From Felis catus (lineage: Eukaryota): a stretch of DNA of 64,000 nucleotides. Made by a program: the position numbers and the translations under genes. Shown one piece after another: positions 12,094 through 24,430 of the stretch; within the stretch, counting starts at the first letter, position 1, and the number at the start of each line of letters is the position of its first letter. Below the pieces are notes generated by a model, which saw only the letters and a program-made list of their open reading frames with translations, was not told where the DNA came from and made no database searches. The stretch spans positions 177,942,001-178,006,000 of the forward strand of contig NC_058368.1 in assembly GCF_018350175.1 (NCBI RefSeq). The letters run 5' to 3'.

Positions 12094-12793
12094 AAAAGTT
12101 GTTACCAGAGACAAAGAAAAACATTATATATTGATTAAAGGGTAAAATCAACAAGAAGATCACAAACATATATACATAAATGACAGCTCTAACATATATG
12201 AAGCAAACACTAACAGAATCAAAGCAGAAAATAGTTAATATGCTCAATGGTGAAAGACTGAAACCATTCTCCCTAAGATCAGGAACAAAACAAGGATGCC
12301 CATTTCACCACTGCCATTCAACATGGTACTAGACGTCCTACCTAGAGCAATTAGGTAAGAAAAAGAAATAAAAAGCCATCTAAATTGCAAAGGAAAAAAA
12401 AACTGTATCTATTTACAGATGACATAATTCTATACACAAAAAATCTTCCAAAATCCACAGAACATCTACTAAAGCTAATGAAGGAATTCAGCAAAGTTGC
12501 AGGATACACAATCAACAACAAAAATCAGTTAAGTTTCTATAAATTAGCAATGAACAATCAAAGAAAATAAAGAAAACAATTCTATTTACAACACCATCCC
12601 ACGGAATAAAACATCTAGGAATCAGTTTAATCAAAGAGGTGAAATATATGTACACTAAAGACAATGATGAAAGAAATTAAAAACCTAATTAAATGGAAAG
12701 ACATTCCATGCTAATGGATTAGGAGATTTTATATTGTTAAGATGGCAATACTCCCAAAAATTATCTACAGATTCAAATCTCTATCAAAATCAT

Positions 12794-12925
12794 GGGGCAT
12801 CTGGATGGCTCGGTCAGTTAAGCGTCCGACTTCGGCTCAGGTCATGATCTCACGGTTTGTGGGTCTGAGTCCCACAACAGGCTCTGTGCTGACAGTGCAG
12901 AGCCTGGAGTCAGTTTCAGATTCTG

Positions 12926-12958
<33 letters not shown>

Positions 12959-13016
12959 CTCTCCCTCCATTGCTTGTGCTCTGTCTCTCTCTCTCAAAAA
13001 TAAACATTAAAAAAAA
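12794..13016 (+). mobile_element. CanSINE
   Basis: ggggcatctggatggctcggtcagttaagcg head, (CT)n, aaaataaacattaaaaaa tail. Confidence 0.95.
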
Positions 13017-13218
13017 TCTTCATTGAAATGCAATTACCTTTATTTTTTTTCAGAAATGAAAAAGATGATCTGTAAAGTCATATGGGATCGCAAAGGGCTC
13101 TGAATAGCCAGAATAATACTGAAAAAAGCTGGAGGAGTCACACTTTGATTTCAAAATTTACTACAAAGCTATAGTAATCAAAATAGCATAGTACTGGCAT
13201 AAGAGTAGATATATAGAC

Positions 13219-13553
13219 TGTCTTAGTCCATTAGGCTTCTATTAAAAAATACTATAGACTGGGTAATTTATAAACAATGGAAAGTCATTTCTCACAGTTC
13301 TGGAGGCTGGGAGTCCGGGATTAGGGTGCCAACATGGTTGGTTGAGGGCTCTCTTCCAGACTGCTGTATCTTCATATGGCAGAAGGGGTTAAGGATCTCT
13401 CTGCAACCTCTCTGCAGCACTAACCTCATTCATGATGGCTCTACCATCACAACTCAAGTATTTTCCAAAGGCTCCACTTACTAATATCGTCACCTTTGGG
13501 AATTAGGATTTCAACATATGAATTCTGGAAGACACAAAATTCAGACGATAGCA
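13219..13553 (-). mobile_element. Solo MaLR LTR (MLT1A/MST-like)
   Basis: TG...CA termini, 5-bp TSD tagac/cagac, diagnostic tctcacagttctggaggctggga. Confidence 0.88.
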
Positions 13554-14198
13554 CAGACCAGAGTCAGAAATAAATCCCAAATCTACAGAGAGCTGACTTT
13601 TGATAAGGGTGCTAAAACCATTCAAGGGAGAAAGAATAGTATCTGCAACAAACGGTACTGAGATCAGTTCCAACCAATGCAAAGGTATGAAAGTGGACCC
13701 CTTATCTCATACCATATAAAAACTAAGTCAAATGGATCTGCAGGCTAAATATAAGAGCTAAAACTATTAAATTATTAGAAGAAAACATAGGAGTAAATAT
13801 TTATGACCTCAGATTTGGCAATGTGTTACTAGATTTCACACAAAAGCATGAGCAACAAAAGAACAAATAGAAAAATTGTAAACAACAAAATTAAGTTTGT
13901 GCTTCAAGGACATCATCAAGGAAGTGAAAAGACAACCCCCAAAAAGGAGAAGATATCTGCAAATCATATATCTGATAAGGGTTTAGTATCAAGACTATAT
14001 ATAAAGAATTCTTACAACTCAATAAGAAAAGGACAAACAATCCAATTTTTAAAAATGGGCATAAGATTTGAATAGATACTTCTCCAAAGCACATGAAAAT
14101 ACACTCAACATCATTTGCCATTAAGGAAATGCAAATTAGAACCACAATGAGATATCACTTCACACACACACACTATATAGTTACATATTTATATGTAA

Positions 14199-14239
<41 letters not shown>

Positions 14240-14670
14240 TACACACAAACAACCAGAGAATAAAAAGTGTTGATGAGAATGTGGAGAAATAGAAAGCCAT
14301 GTATACTGTTGGTGACAATGTACAATGGTGTAGCCATTGTGGAAAAAAGTTAAACATAGAATTACCATATGACTTGGCAACTCGACTCCTATATACGTAC
14401 CAAAGAGAAATAAATATGTATGTGCACACAAAAACTTGTAGAAGAATGTTTATAGCAATGTTATTCATAATAAGCAAAAGTGGGAAACCACCCAAATGCC
14501 CATCAACTGATGAAGAGATAAACAAAATATGGTATATCCATAAAATGAAATATTATTCAGCCATAAAAAAGAATTAAGTACTGATACACCCTATAACTTG
14601 GATGAACTTTGAAAACATTATGCTACGTGAAAGAGGCCAACCACAAAAGGTCACATCCTGCATGATTCTT

Positions 14671-14880
14671 TTTTTTTTTTTAACATTTATTTATTTTTGA
14701 GACAGAGACAGAGCATGAACACTGGAGGGTCACAGAGAGAGGGAGACACAGAATCCGAAACAGGCTCCAGGCTCTGAGCTGTCAGCACAGAGCCCGACAT
14801 GGGGCTCGAACTCACAGACCACGAGATCATGACCTGAGCTGAAGTTGGACACTTAACTGACTGAGCCACCCAGGCGCCCC
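14671..14880 (-). mobile_element. CanSINE
   Basis: TSD tgcatgattctt at 14659-14670 and 14881-14892. Confidence 0.96.
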
Positions 14881-16332
14881 TGCATGATTCTTTTTATACA
14901 AGTCCAGAGACAGAAAGCAAATGAGTGTTATTCCCCAGGGGATGGGAGAGGAGAGAATGGAGATGATTAATTAATGAGTACATTCTTCTGAGGTGATCAA
15001 AAATATCTGAAACTACAGAGGTGGTGTTTGAACAACATTGCAATGGCACTAAATGCCACTGAATGGTACACTTAAAAATATTTGTGTGTCATGCGATTTT
15101 TATCTCAAGGAAGGAAGGAAGGAAGGGAATTAAAAAAGAAGGAAGAAAGGGAATAATTACTGATAATTTCTGGAATTTGGCAAAAAACACGGAACTACGG
15201 ATTCCTGAAGAATAAACATAAAGTAATCCATGCCCTACAATTATAACCAAACTGATGAAAACTGAAGGCAAAAAAAAAAAATCTTGAAAGCAGCCAGAGA
15301 AAGCCCATAACATAGTGGGGGGATAATAATTCAAATGACTGTGGAAACCATGCAGTCAGATGAAAGTAGGACGTTTTTAAAGTGCTGAAAAAACTGTCAG
15401 AACTTTCAACCCAGAATTCTATATCCACACAAAAGAATTCCTTCATGAATAAAGGTAAAATAATGACATTCCCACATGATAGAAAACTAAGAATTCGTTG
15501 TCAATAGATCCGCTCTGTCAGAAATGTTAAGGGAAGTCTTCAGACAGAAGGGAAATGATATGAGAGAAAACCTTGGAACATTAGGAATGAGAAAAGAAAA
15601 ACAGAAAGAATACATATCTGGATAGAGTTACCATTTCTCTCTTAATTTCTACAAAATATGTATGACTCAGAGCAAAAGTTTTAACATTATCTGAGGGGTT
15701 TTCAATGTAAATTGATGTAATACATAATGCAACTACAACATAAGGAGTGAAGGATAAAAGGACCTATGTTCCACTTTAAGTGATAAAATATGAATGCTAA
15801 ATAGATTGTGTTAAGTTAAATATGTATATTATAATTCCTACAGCAACCATGAGAAAAAATTGAAGAGATATGGTCAAAAACTCAATAAGCAAATAAAATG
15901 GAGTACTACAAATACTTAAGTAACTAAAAGAAGGCAGGAAAGAAGAAACAAATCAAAAGAGGGCAAAAACAGAAACAAGAAAAGGACAGATGTAAGTCCA
16001 AATATCAGTAATGATTAAATGCAAATGGCTTAAATATACCTATTAAGAAACAGAGATTGTGAAAATGGATAAAAACATGTGACCAAATGATGTGTTGTGT
16101 ACCAAAAAACCACATTAAATGTAAAGATACATTTATATTTAAAGCAAAAGGATAAAAGAAATCCCAAAGAAATATACAAAACTATACAATTTGAAAGACT
16201 ATCTTTATGTCCTGCAATTAAGTAACAAAGAGTTCTCATATATTACCCATTCAAAGCATGATCCACTAACAAAAAAGTGGCAAATTAGATTTCATCACAA
16301 TTAAAAACTTTTGCTCTTTATTGGACACTCTT

Positions 16333-16561
16333 TTAAAACATTGTTTTTCTAATATTTATTTATTTTTGAGAGAGAGAGAGACAGAGTACAAGTGGGGGAG
16401 GGCAGAGAGAGAGGGAGACACAGAATCCGAAACAGGCTCCAGGCTCTGAGCTGTCAGCACAGAGCCCAACGGGGGGGGGGGGGGGGCTCAAACTCACGAA
16501 TTGTGAGATCATGGCCTGAGCCAAAGTCCAATGCTTAACTGACTGAGTCACCCAGGAGCCT
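16333..16561 (-). mobile_element. CanSINE with internal G16 run
   Basis: Perfect 19-bp TSD ctctttattggacactctt at 16314-16332 and 16562-16580. Confidence 0.96.
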
Positions 16562-17599
16562 CTCTTTATTGGACACTCTTAAGAAAAATAAAAGACAAGC
16601 TATATAATGAAAGAAAATCTTTGTTAATCATAGATCTAACAGAGGACCTGTATCTAAATCTATAAAGTATATAGATCAAATTGGAGACAACTGACACCTT
16701 AATACTGTATTCAATTGCATTAATATTTAATGAATACAACTTAAAATAAAAGTAAGATATTTTCAGTTACTAGACTTGCAAAGAATACAGAGAATAATGG
16801 TGGCAAAGTAAGAATATATACAAATTGGTTCAACATTTTGGAAGGCAAATTTCAATCCATGTAAGTTTCTGTATTTTTTTACCCAACAATTTCATTTCTA
16901 GGAGTTACTGAAAAATATATGTGCAGCAAAGATATGCACAAGAATATATACGGCAGCATTAAATGCAATATTTTTTTAAAAAATCGAAGCATCCATGTTG
17001 AAGATGGGTTAAACAAAGTACGGAGCAGCCATAAAATTACAAAGCAGACATTAAGAAGGCAGAACTATATATGTGAGTAAGAGCAAAAATCGAGTTCTAG
17101 TTACGATGGGGATACGCTGAAGGAGAAAGTAAGTTTCCCTATGGGAAGATCATTTATATTAACTGGGCAAACCAATACTGGTGTTGTTATACTCAGTTTG
17201 GGGAAGGGTAGACAGGAAACAAATTACTGACATTATAAAAACATGGATTAATTTCAAAGGCATTATGCTAAGTGAAAGAAGACAATTTCAGAAGGTCAAG
17301 TACAATATGACTCCATTTATATAATATTCCGGAAAAAAAGCAAAACTATAGACAGTGAGAACAGATCGGTGGTTGCTAGGGGTAAGGGATGGGAGAAGGT
17401 GAGGGAAGTTTGTATTGTTTTGTTTTTTGGTGAAGGAACTATTCCGTATCCTGATTGTAGTAGTGGTTACACGAATCTATACTCGGGTTAAAATTCATAG
17501 GACTGTATACCCTCAAAAATTAATAAATGAATTTTACTGTGTGTTAATTTTAAACAGAAGAATGTTTTAGATTGCATATACTTGTGGAGGTTATTTTGC

Positions 17600-20500
17600 T
17601 ATTTTCCCAGAAAGACTCTATTAGAATGCTACATTTCTATTTAGTATCAAAGTCTTTGTTCTCATTCATTTCTGCTTCAAAAACAATTAGAATTAATCTA
17701 CTATGTGAAAGTGATTAAAAAGCATTGTTGTTTCTGCAATCGACAATGAGTTATTAATATAAATCTTTCTGTTTGAGAATGTAGACAGAGTTCTTCTCTC
17801 TATACTAAGGGCGTAAAGAAAATGCTTCTAGCTCATAAAATAAGAACTAATCAAATCTGCTATGCTACACCCTGTCTTCAGATGCCAACTAAATACCATC
17901 TAAAGATGAACTAATGAGTCACTGGTTTCATCTTCTCCTGAATAAAATTTGTTCATTTTCCTCATACATATAATGATGGTGGTCACTACATTGGATTTTG
18001 AGGGTTTTTCATTCTCCATTTACACACAAATTGCCATTCTTTTGATCTAAATTTGTGTTAAACTTTTATCTTCATGTAAACTAGAAATAAGGTTTTTCCC
18101 TTGCAGGAGAGAACATTATAAGCATTACAAAACTGTTCAAATTGTTTGTTAAGTTATACATTATAATTAGTTTGGCAGAGCTAATACAAATCACATTTAC
18201 AGACTAACAATAATAAAATTGAAGTACCAGTTAAATATCCAAAATAATTAAAGGAATCATTTTTAGCCTGGCATAATTAGCTAATTCACTTTACAAGCAT
18301 TTATTAAAATGAATTCACATGTTATTATTCCATAGGTAGTTACACAATAGTGTTTATACAGGAAAAAATAATGAACCAAACTCTTTGTATCCAGCCCTCC
18401 ACAATTAAAACGAAGACTCCCCAAGTAATATCAATCTAGGATAGACTAATTAAGTTTGGTTTGATAACCATTCATTTCTTCTATTGCCTCTGAGCAAATT
18501 GTTTATTAGAGAAAGTTATTTTACACAAATCAAATCAAACTGGGTAAACCATTATATTTGAGGGAAACTTTAGCCATCAGTCAATTAATCCATCATTTTC
18601 TCCAGACACTATTGTTTAACGAGCAGATCATATTATCAACAATTTAGATATCATATGATTCAATTATAACAGTAAATTTATTGACAGTTTCTCTAATACT
18701 TTTATTATGAGCAAATTTGGATTTCTCCTTACCTTTGTGAGCAAAGCAAAACCAATTCAGGTATTATAGTCAAATATCAAATAAATATAAAATTCTCTTC
18801 AAATTTTTATAAGGGTTTGGTTTATTATTACAAAAGGAAAATAAGCCTTAATGAATTAGCATCGCTAAGGTATAATTTTAACATAAAAATAATTACTATT
18901 TCTCTAATATGCTAAAACATACTATGTATATGACCATAAAGTTACATTAAAAATTCATTTGAAAAATGGACCTAAGAAAATATTAATTTGTACTCATAAA
19001 AAATTAGGAAAAGTTTGTCACTTTAACCTTAATGTTCAAGCCAAGTGAATTTATTTGAGTTGTTAAAACCATAGTGTGGCTCGTTAAATTTCTAAAAATA
19101 CAGATTTCATAGGAGGCATTAAAATAAAAATGTCATACTATTAATATTTATTTACAGACAGCATGAGAAGAAAAATAACTAACACCTCCCAACACCTGCT
19201 TGGAAGACCATATTTAAGATCATAATAGAGCAAAAGGATTGCTTTCTAGTTTTTAGTAGAAAATGCATATAACTTTGTTAGTTTACCTAAATTAGAAGAA
19301 GTCTCAAACAGGGACTTTTTTAATCTAAGGGTTTTAAAATAGATCCTTTCTATATATACTTGTTTCTTTATGATTTTGGCTGTCAAAGTCCAAAACAACT
19401 TGTTAATACGTTAATAGGTTGTCTCTAATTGTTTTACATTGACCAATTTTATCTGGCCAATCTGAGTTTAAATCCTTCAGAGTTATGGACTATGGCTAAG
19501 ACTTGTTTTCTACCTCATAAAAGGAAAGTTCTGGTTCTCCCTTGAATGACAGAATGGTAGGTGCTTGGGAGGAGCTCCTGATTTGACCTAATCCAATTCT
19601 CTCTCATTGTATACATAAAAAGAACGTGTCTAAGCCCATAACACATAGCTAATTATCAGTACTGATTAGACAAATATGCTAACCATAGCCTGTACATTCA
19701 ATAAACATATTTCTGTTGAGCAACTCTAGCTGCTGCTGGTAGCCTATGTGATCCAACAGACATCAAGGCAGAGTCTTCCAACAGCCCAAAGAATAGCATC
19801 TGGTCTATGAATTACAAATTCCTACATACGTACAGTTCTCAAAACGTACTCCTCAGAGGTTTAGGATGCCACAGAGACACGTCAGGGCACCAGAAAGAGA
19901 GAGTAAGAAGAGAGCCATGGGAACATCTGGCGCCCTGAAACTCCTGCATCTTCATTTCAGTCCTAGCCATTTGCTTCTGAACAGTTTTTCACTTAAAAAA
20001 CAGTTGATTGCAAGCAGGTCTGAAACCACTATCCTATCATATGTATATTCCTGGAATCTTCGGAGTAAAATATTTTAAGTAAGAAAAAGGTGATTTTAGG
20101 GTTTTTATGTAAAGAAGAATACTTCATTTTAACATATTTGCCTTGAAAAGGTTTACTCTTTACAAAGTAATTACAGGAACATCTGCATGAAGATACTGTA
20201 GTCAGTTGTTTGATAGAGGGTCGATATTTGCATGGTACAAACTGTTTAAGTACAGGAAAGCAATCCATGGTCAATATGTAACATCAGCTATATCTCTTCT
20301 TCTGAAGTCCCATATTCATCTACTTTTGTGCCCATTAAGTACATTCTTATTATTAATTTATTTTAAACAAATGACCATATCCTCTTGAAATACTGCAGAA
20401 AGGACTTTTTGCTACCGTTTTCCCAAACATCTGTAAATATACACTCCCTTCATACAAAGCACAAATTTCAGAGCAGGGGCCTTTCTGTGATTTTGGTTTC

Positions 20501-21100
20501 CCTGACAAAAAGATGATGTCCCCCTCTAGAGTGGGTTATGACAATCATTAAATGGTTCTTAGAAAACATTTAGCTCTCTGTAATTTTACCTGTTTTTGAT
20601 TTAGAGTTATAATTAAGAAAAGCAATGCAAAAAGGACAGTAGTTTGAATCTTCTAATCCAAAGATGATTCCAATGTGAGTGCTACTGTAGTAAATAAAAT
20701 CATTTATGATGTTTCTGAACATCCTCAAGATATTAGCAAAGGGAGAGCTCCTCCTCGATCCAAACAACTCATCAGCATTAATTAATCATCTCCTTCACCA
20801 CAAATATTTCATTAACACTGAAAACAATAACACTGAAGTATAGCATCTGCCTATAATGATGTATTTCAAAAAAATTATTTCAATTGGCATATCCAGGACT
20901 TCCTTCAACAAATAAGAACAGATTTTCGTATTTTGTCACAAGTTAGATTATGAAGAGGGTGGTGGAAGTTAGTCTTCTTTATTTGCTTTGGGAGTTATGT
21001 TGCTCTGTGCCCAGTGATGGTCCAAAAAAACCTACGGAACTGTACTATATAAATGAAGCAAATGGGTGATACCAATTACTGAAATGGCTCACTGCTTACT
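17600..21100. other. Repeat-poor block, candidate conserved non-coding/enhancer sequence (core ~18100-18750)
   Basis: No recognisable transposon over ~3.5 kb; dense TAAT/ATTA, TGACAG and TGTTTA motifs. Conservation is inferred, not measured. Confidence 0.45.
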
Positions 21101-21649
21101 AAATAAATACTACATACTAAAACCCCGAATTTTTACAGTAGCTTTGTAGGGGATAGCTCAAATACCTTCAGATATTGAATATTTACCATTATTTCATACC
21201 ATTGTAAGAAAACCTGAGGCAAGACAAAATGTAGTCAAGGAATTGATGCCATCCAGTGGGAGAATCAAGATATGAATCTAGTTAGCCAGGTCCCCAAATT
21301 AAGGATCTTCTTACAAGATCATATTGCCATCCTCAATGAACATAGATTGTGCAGTTAACTCTGCATGAACATTATTAAGTATTTATAATAGGGCTGAAAG
21401 TTATATGAGATATGTGTAAGTCTCATTTCAGGCTTTCAATGTTCTTTTGGTATTATTACTAGGTATAGATCTCCTTACTTTCAAAAACAGTATACTAATG
21501 CTCAGAGATGTGACAAAGCTAATTATTTTCTGCTTTATCTAAAATTACTTTAGAGTTAAAGAGTAACTGGAAAAAATTGTTACAAAGAATTCCTTCACTC
21601 ACATTTCCTGTGTGGTCACAAGGCTTTTAAAAGATGTGGCTAGGACCTA

Positions 21650-21870
21650 AGGGCACCTGGGTGGCTCAGCTGGTTAAATGGCCGACTTCATCTTGGGTCA
21701 TGATCTCGCGGTACGGTCCGTGCGTTCCAGCCCTGCATTGGGCTCTGTGCTGACAGCTCAGAGCCTGGAGCCTGCTTTGGATGGTCTCCCCCCTCTCTCT
21801 CTCTCTGCCCCTCCCCTGCTTACGCTCTTTCTCCCTCAAAAATAAATAAACATTAAAACAAAATTTTTTT
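21650..21870 (+). mobile_element. CanSINE
   Basis: 20-bp TSD aaag(a/c)tgtggctaggaccta at 21630-21649 and 21871-21890. Confidence 0.96.
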
Positions 21871-22405
21871 AAAGCTGTGGCTAGGACCTAAAACAGCTTC
21901 GTGACTCCAAGTGACATGGCTCTTTCAACTACACAATCGGTTCAACTACACATGAGCCATGGGAGGTACAAGAACTATAAGATGCTATGATAGGCCACTG
22001 CAAATATGCAGACATTTTGCATAGACTATGCTAAGGGATACTAATCACATACTAGAATACAAAATTACTTATAGTGATTTTCGATACTAAAGAGACTTTT
22101 TACAAGGACCACACTAAGAAGCAAAAGTACTGAAGCATCGTTTCCCTATCTGTACTTACCTACAATTCTGGATTTTCATATGGGTTTAGCACAGTGCCTG
22201 GGACAATAGTAGCCACTAAGCAACTGGTAGCTGCTATTATATAATGGATATTCTGTTCAAATATGTTTTGTGATATGCTATGTTTCAGGCCCTTTGATAT
22301 ACAGGAGGATGCCAGAATTGTAATCACTGCTTCCCTATCACAGGAAGCACATTATATAGACAGAAGGAGCCAGATGTTACTAGGCTTGCTAAGATGCCAG
22401 TTATT

Positions 22406-22619
22406 TTTTTTTATTAAAAAAATTTTTTTTAATTTTATTTATTTTTGAGAGCGAGAGAAAGACAGAGCATGAATGGGGGAGGAGCAGAGAGAATCCGAAG
22501 CAGGTTCCAGGCTCTGAGCTGTCAGCACAGAGCCTGACGCAGGGCTCAAACCCATGAACAGTGAGGTCATGACCTGAGCTGAAGTCAGACGCTTAACCAA
22601 CTGAGCCACCCAGGTGCCC
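22406..22619 (-). mobile_element. CanSINE
   Basis: Poly-T, core, ends ccaggtgccc. Confidence 0.95.
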
Positions 22620-22637
22620 ATTACAATGGAAGTTTTT

Positions 22638-22862
22638 TTTTTTTTAATTTTTTTTTCAACGTTTATTTATTTTTTGGGGGACAGAGAGAGACAGAGCATG
22701 AACGGGGGAGGGGAAGAGAGAGAGGGAGACACAGAATCGGAAACAGGCTCCAGGCTCCGAGCCATCAGCCCAGAGCCTGACGCGGGGCTCGAACTCACGG
22801 ACCGCGAGATCGTGACTTGGCTGAAGTCGGACGCTTAACCGACTGTGCCACCCAGGCGCCCC
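22638..22862 (-). mobile_element. Young SINEC_Fc-type CanSINE
   Basis: CpG-rich; gccatcagcccagagcctgacgcggggctcgaactcacggaccgcgagatcgtg. Confidence 0.96.
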
Positions 22863-23630
22863 ACGATGGCAGTTATTAACAATAACTTGTATATGTTGTT
22901 CAGGTTGGAGAGGAAAAGCTATCAATTCTTTGACACTATAGGTAGGTACTCATTTGAAGAGCAATAGACAGAATTAGTATCGTTAAGAATAAAAGTTTTA
23001 TTCCGCCAACATTTTGAGACTTTTCAACATACAGAAAAGTTGAAAGAACTGCACAATGAACAGCCATATATCCATCATCCAGATTTTATAATTAAATCTT
23101 CTGTATTTTGCATTATGCCATATCTTGCCATCCTTCTATCCATCCATTAAGCCAACAGTTAGATGGTGCTTTTACGCTGCTGGATTCATAAAAGTTATTA
23201 TTTGTTAAATGGGTATGGTCCCTGTGAGATGGACTCCTGAACCTCAAAACTCTGATCAGCACTGTGATTGCAAATTTCACGGGAGAAAATGCAAAGTACA
23301 TAGCCAGACATTATCACCCTTTAAAGAGCTTTGGGCATAAATCTGCATTAGAGTCATAAGAAAGCAGGCTAGACTATAGGTGGACTGCAAAGTCTCCTAC
23401 TTAGGCCTAAGGCTCCTTTCTGTCAGACCCCATGAGATTCTACTGCTCAATAGTGACAAGGCTGGGGAAATAAAAATCTAAGAAAAATCACATACAGGAT
23501 TGGGGGAAGGAGAACTAAGAAGATTTAAGGAGGACTGTCTACATTTCCTCTTAATTCTAGAATACTGGTTCTAGAGCACTAGGTTACAGTCTCTATATAG
23601 ACCAGTCGGGCTGATGTTGGTATGGGTAAG

Positions 23631-24430
23631 TGTGAGGGTTTTAAAATGTGTCCATACTGGGGCGCCTGGGTGGCTCAGCTGGTTAAGCGTCCGACTTCAG
23701 CTCAGGTCACAATCTCACGGTCCATGAGTTCGAGCCCCGCGTCGGGCTCTGGGCTGATGGCTCGGAGCCTGGAGCCTGTTTCCGATTCTGTGTCTCCCTC
23801 TCTCTCTGCCCCTCCCCCGTTCATGCTCTGTCTCTCTCTGTCCCAAAAATAAATAAACGTTGAAAAAAAAAATTAAAAAAAATAAAATGTGTCCATACAT
23901 TCTTTGATATCTCTCTTTTCAAGAGGTGGAGTTTAATTCCACTCCCTTGAGTGTGGGCTGAACTTCGTGACTCACTTCCAACCAACAGAATATAGCAGAA
24001 ATGACAGTGTGTCACTTCCAAGAGGAGGTCATAAAAAGTATAGTGGCTTCCTCCCTGCTCTCTCTTCTTAGATCACTCACTTTGGGGAAGTTAGCTGCCA
24101 TGTCATAAAGACAATCAAGCAGCCCTCTGGAGAGCCTCCTGTGGCAAGGAAGTAAGGCCTACCGTCAATAACCAGCAAGGAATTGATAAGGCCTCCAACC
24201 AACAGTCAAATGAGCAAGTCATTCTGCAAGCTGATCCTCCAACCCCAGGCAAGTTTGCAGAGACCGTGGCCCCAGCTGAACATCCTGACTCAACTTCATG
24301 AAGATCCTAAGCCACAACCACTCAGCTAAGCTGCTCTCAAATTCCTGTCCCTCAGGAACCATGTGAAATAAAATACGTTTGTTCCTAAATTTGAGAGTAA
24401 TTTGTTACATAGCAACACATAACTAATGTA
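23631..24430 (+). mobile_element. MaLR LTR (MLT1E/F-like) interrupted near its start by a SINE
   Basis: ttctttgatatctctc...gaggtggagtttaattccactcccttgagtgtgggctg...gtaatttgttacatagcaacacataactaat. Confidence 0.8.
23659..23882 (+). mobile_element. Young SINEC_Fc-type CanSINE
   Basis: Perfect 16-bp TSD taaaatgtgtccatac at 23642-23657 and 23883-23898. Confidence 0.97.

Larger units (their letters stand above)
9566..15108 (+). mobile_element. Internally deleted old L1 (L1MB-like) nested in the ORF1 region of the older L1
   Basis: 5'-end-like start gagtgatgtcacagaaaatgg, degenerate ORF1, RT remnant (LFTDDIILY at ~12407), 3' end ending tttttatctcaa, then a GGAA-rich tail. Confidence 0.75.
6620..17560 (+). 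mobile_element. Ancient L1 (L1MC/ME-like) acting as host for many nested insertions
   Basis: 5'-region text at 6.6-8.07 kb. ORF1-like text at 8917-9565 resumes at ~15150. L1MC/ME-type 3' end ggattaatttcaaaggcattatgctaagtgaaagaagac...aattttactgtgtg at 17.24-17.56 kb. Confidence 0.65.

Noticed and set aside
22150..22175. TAG|GTAAGT on the minus strand
   Set aside because: No pyrimidine tract upstream, and it lies in MIR-like sequence.
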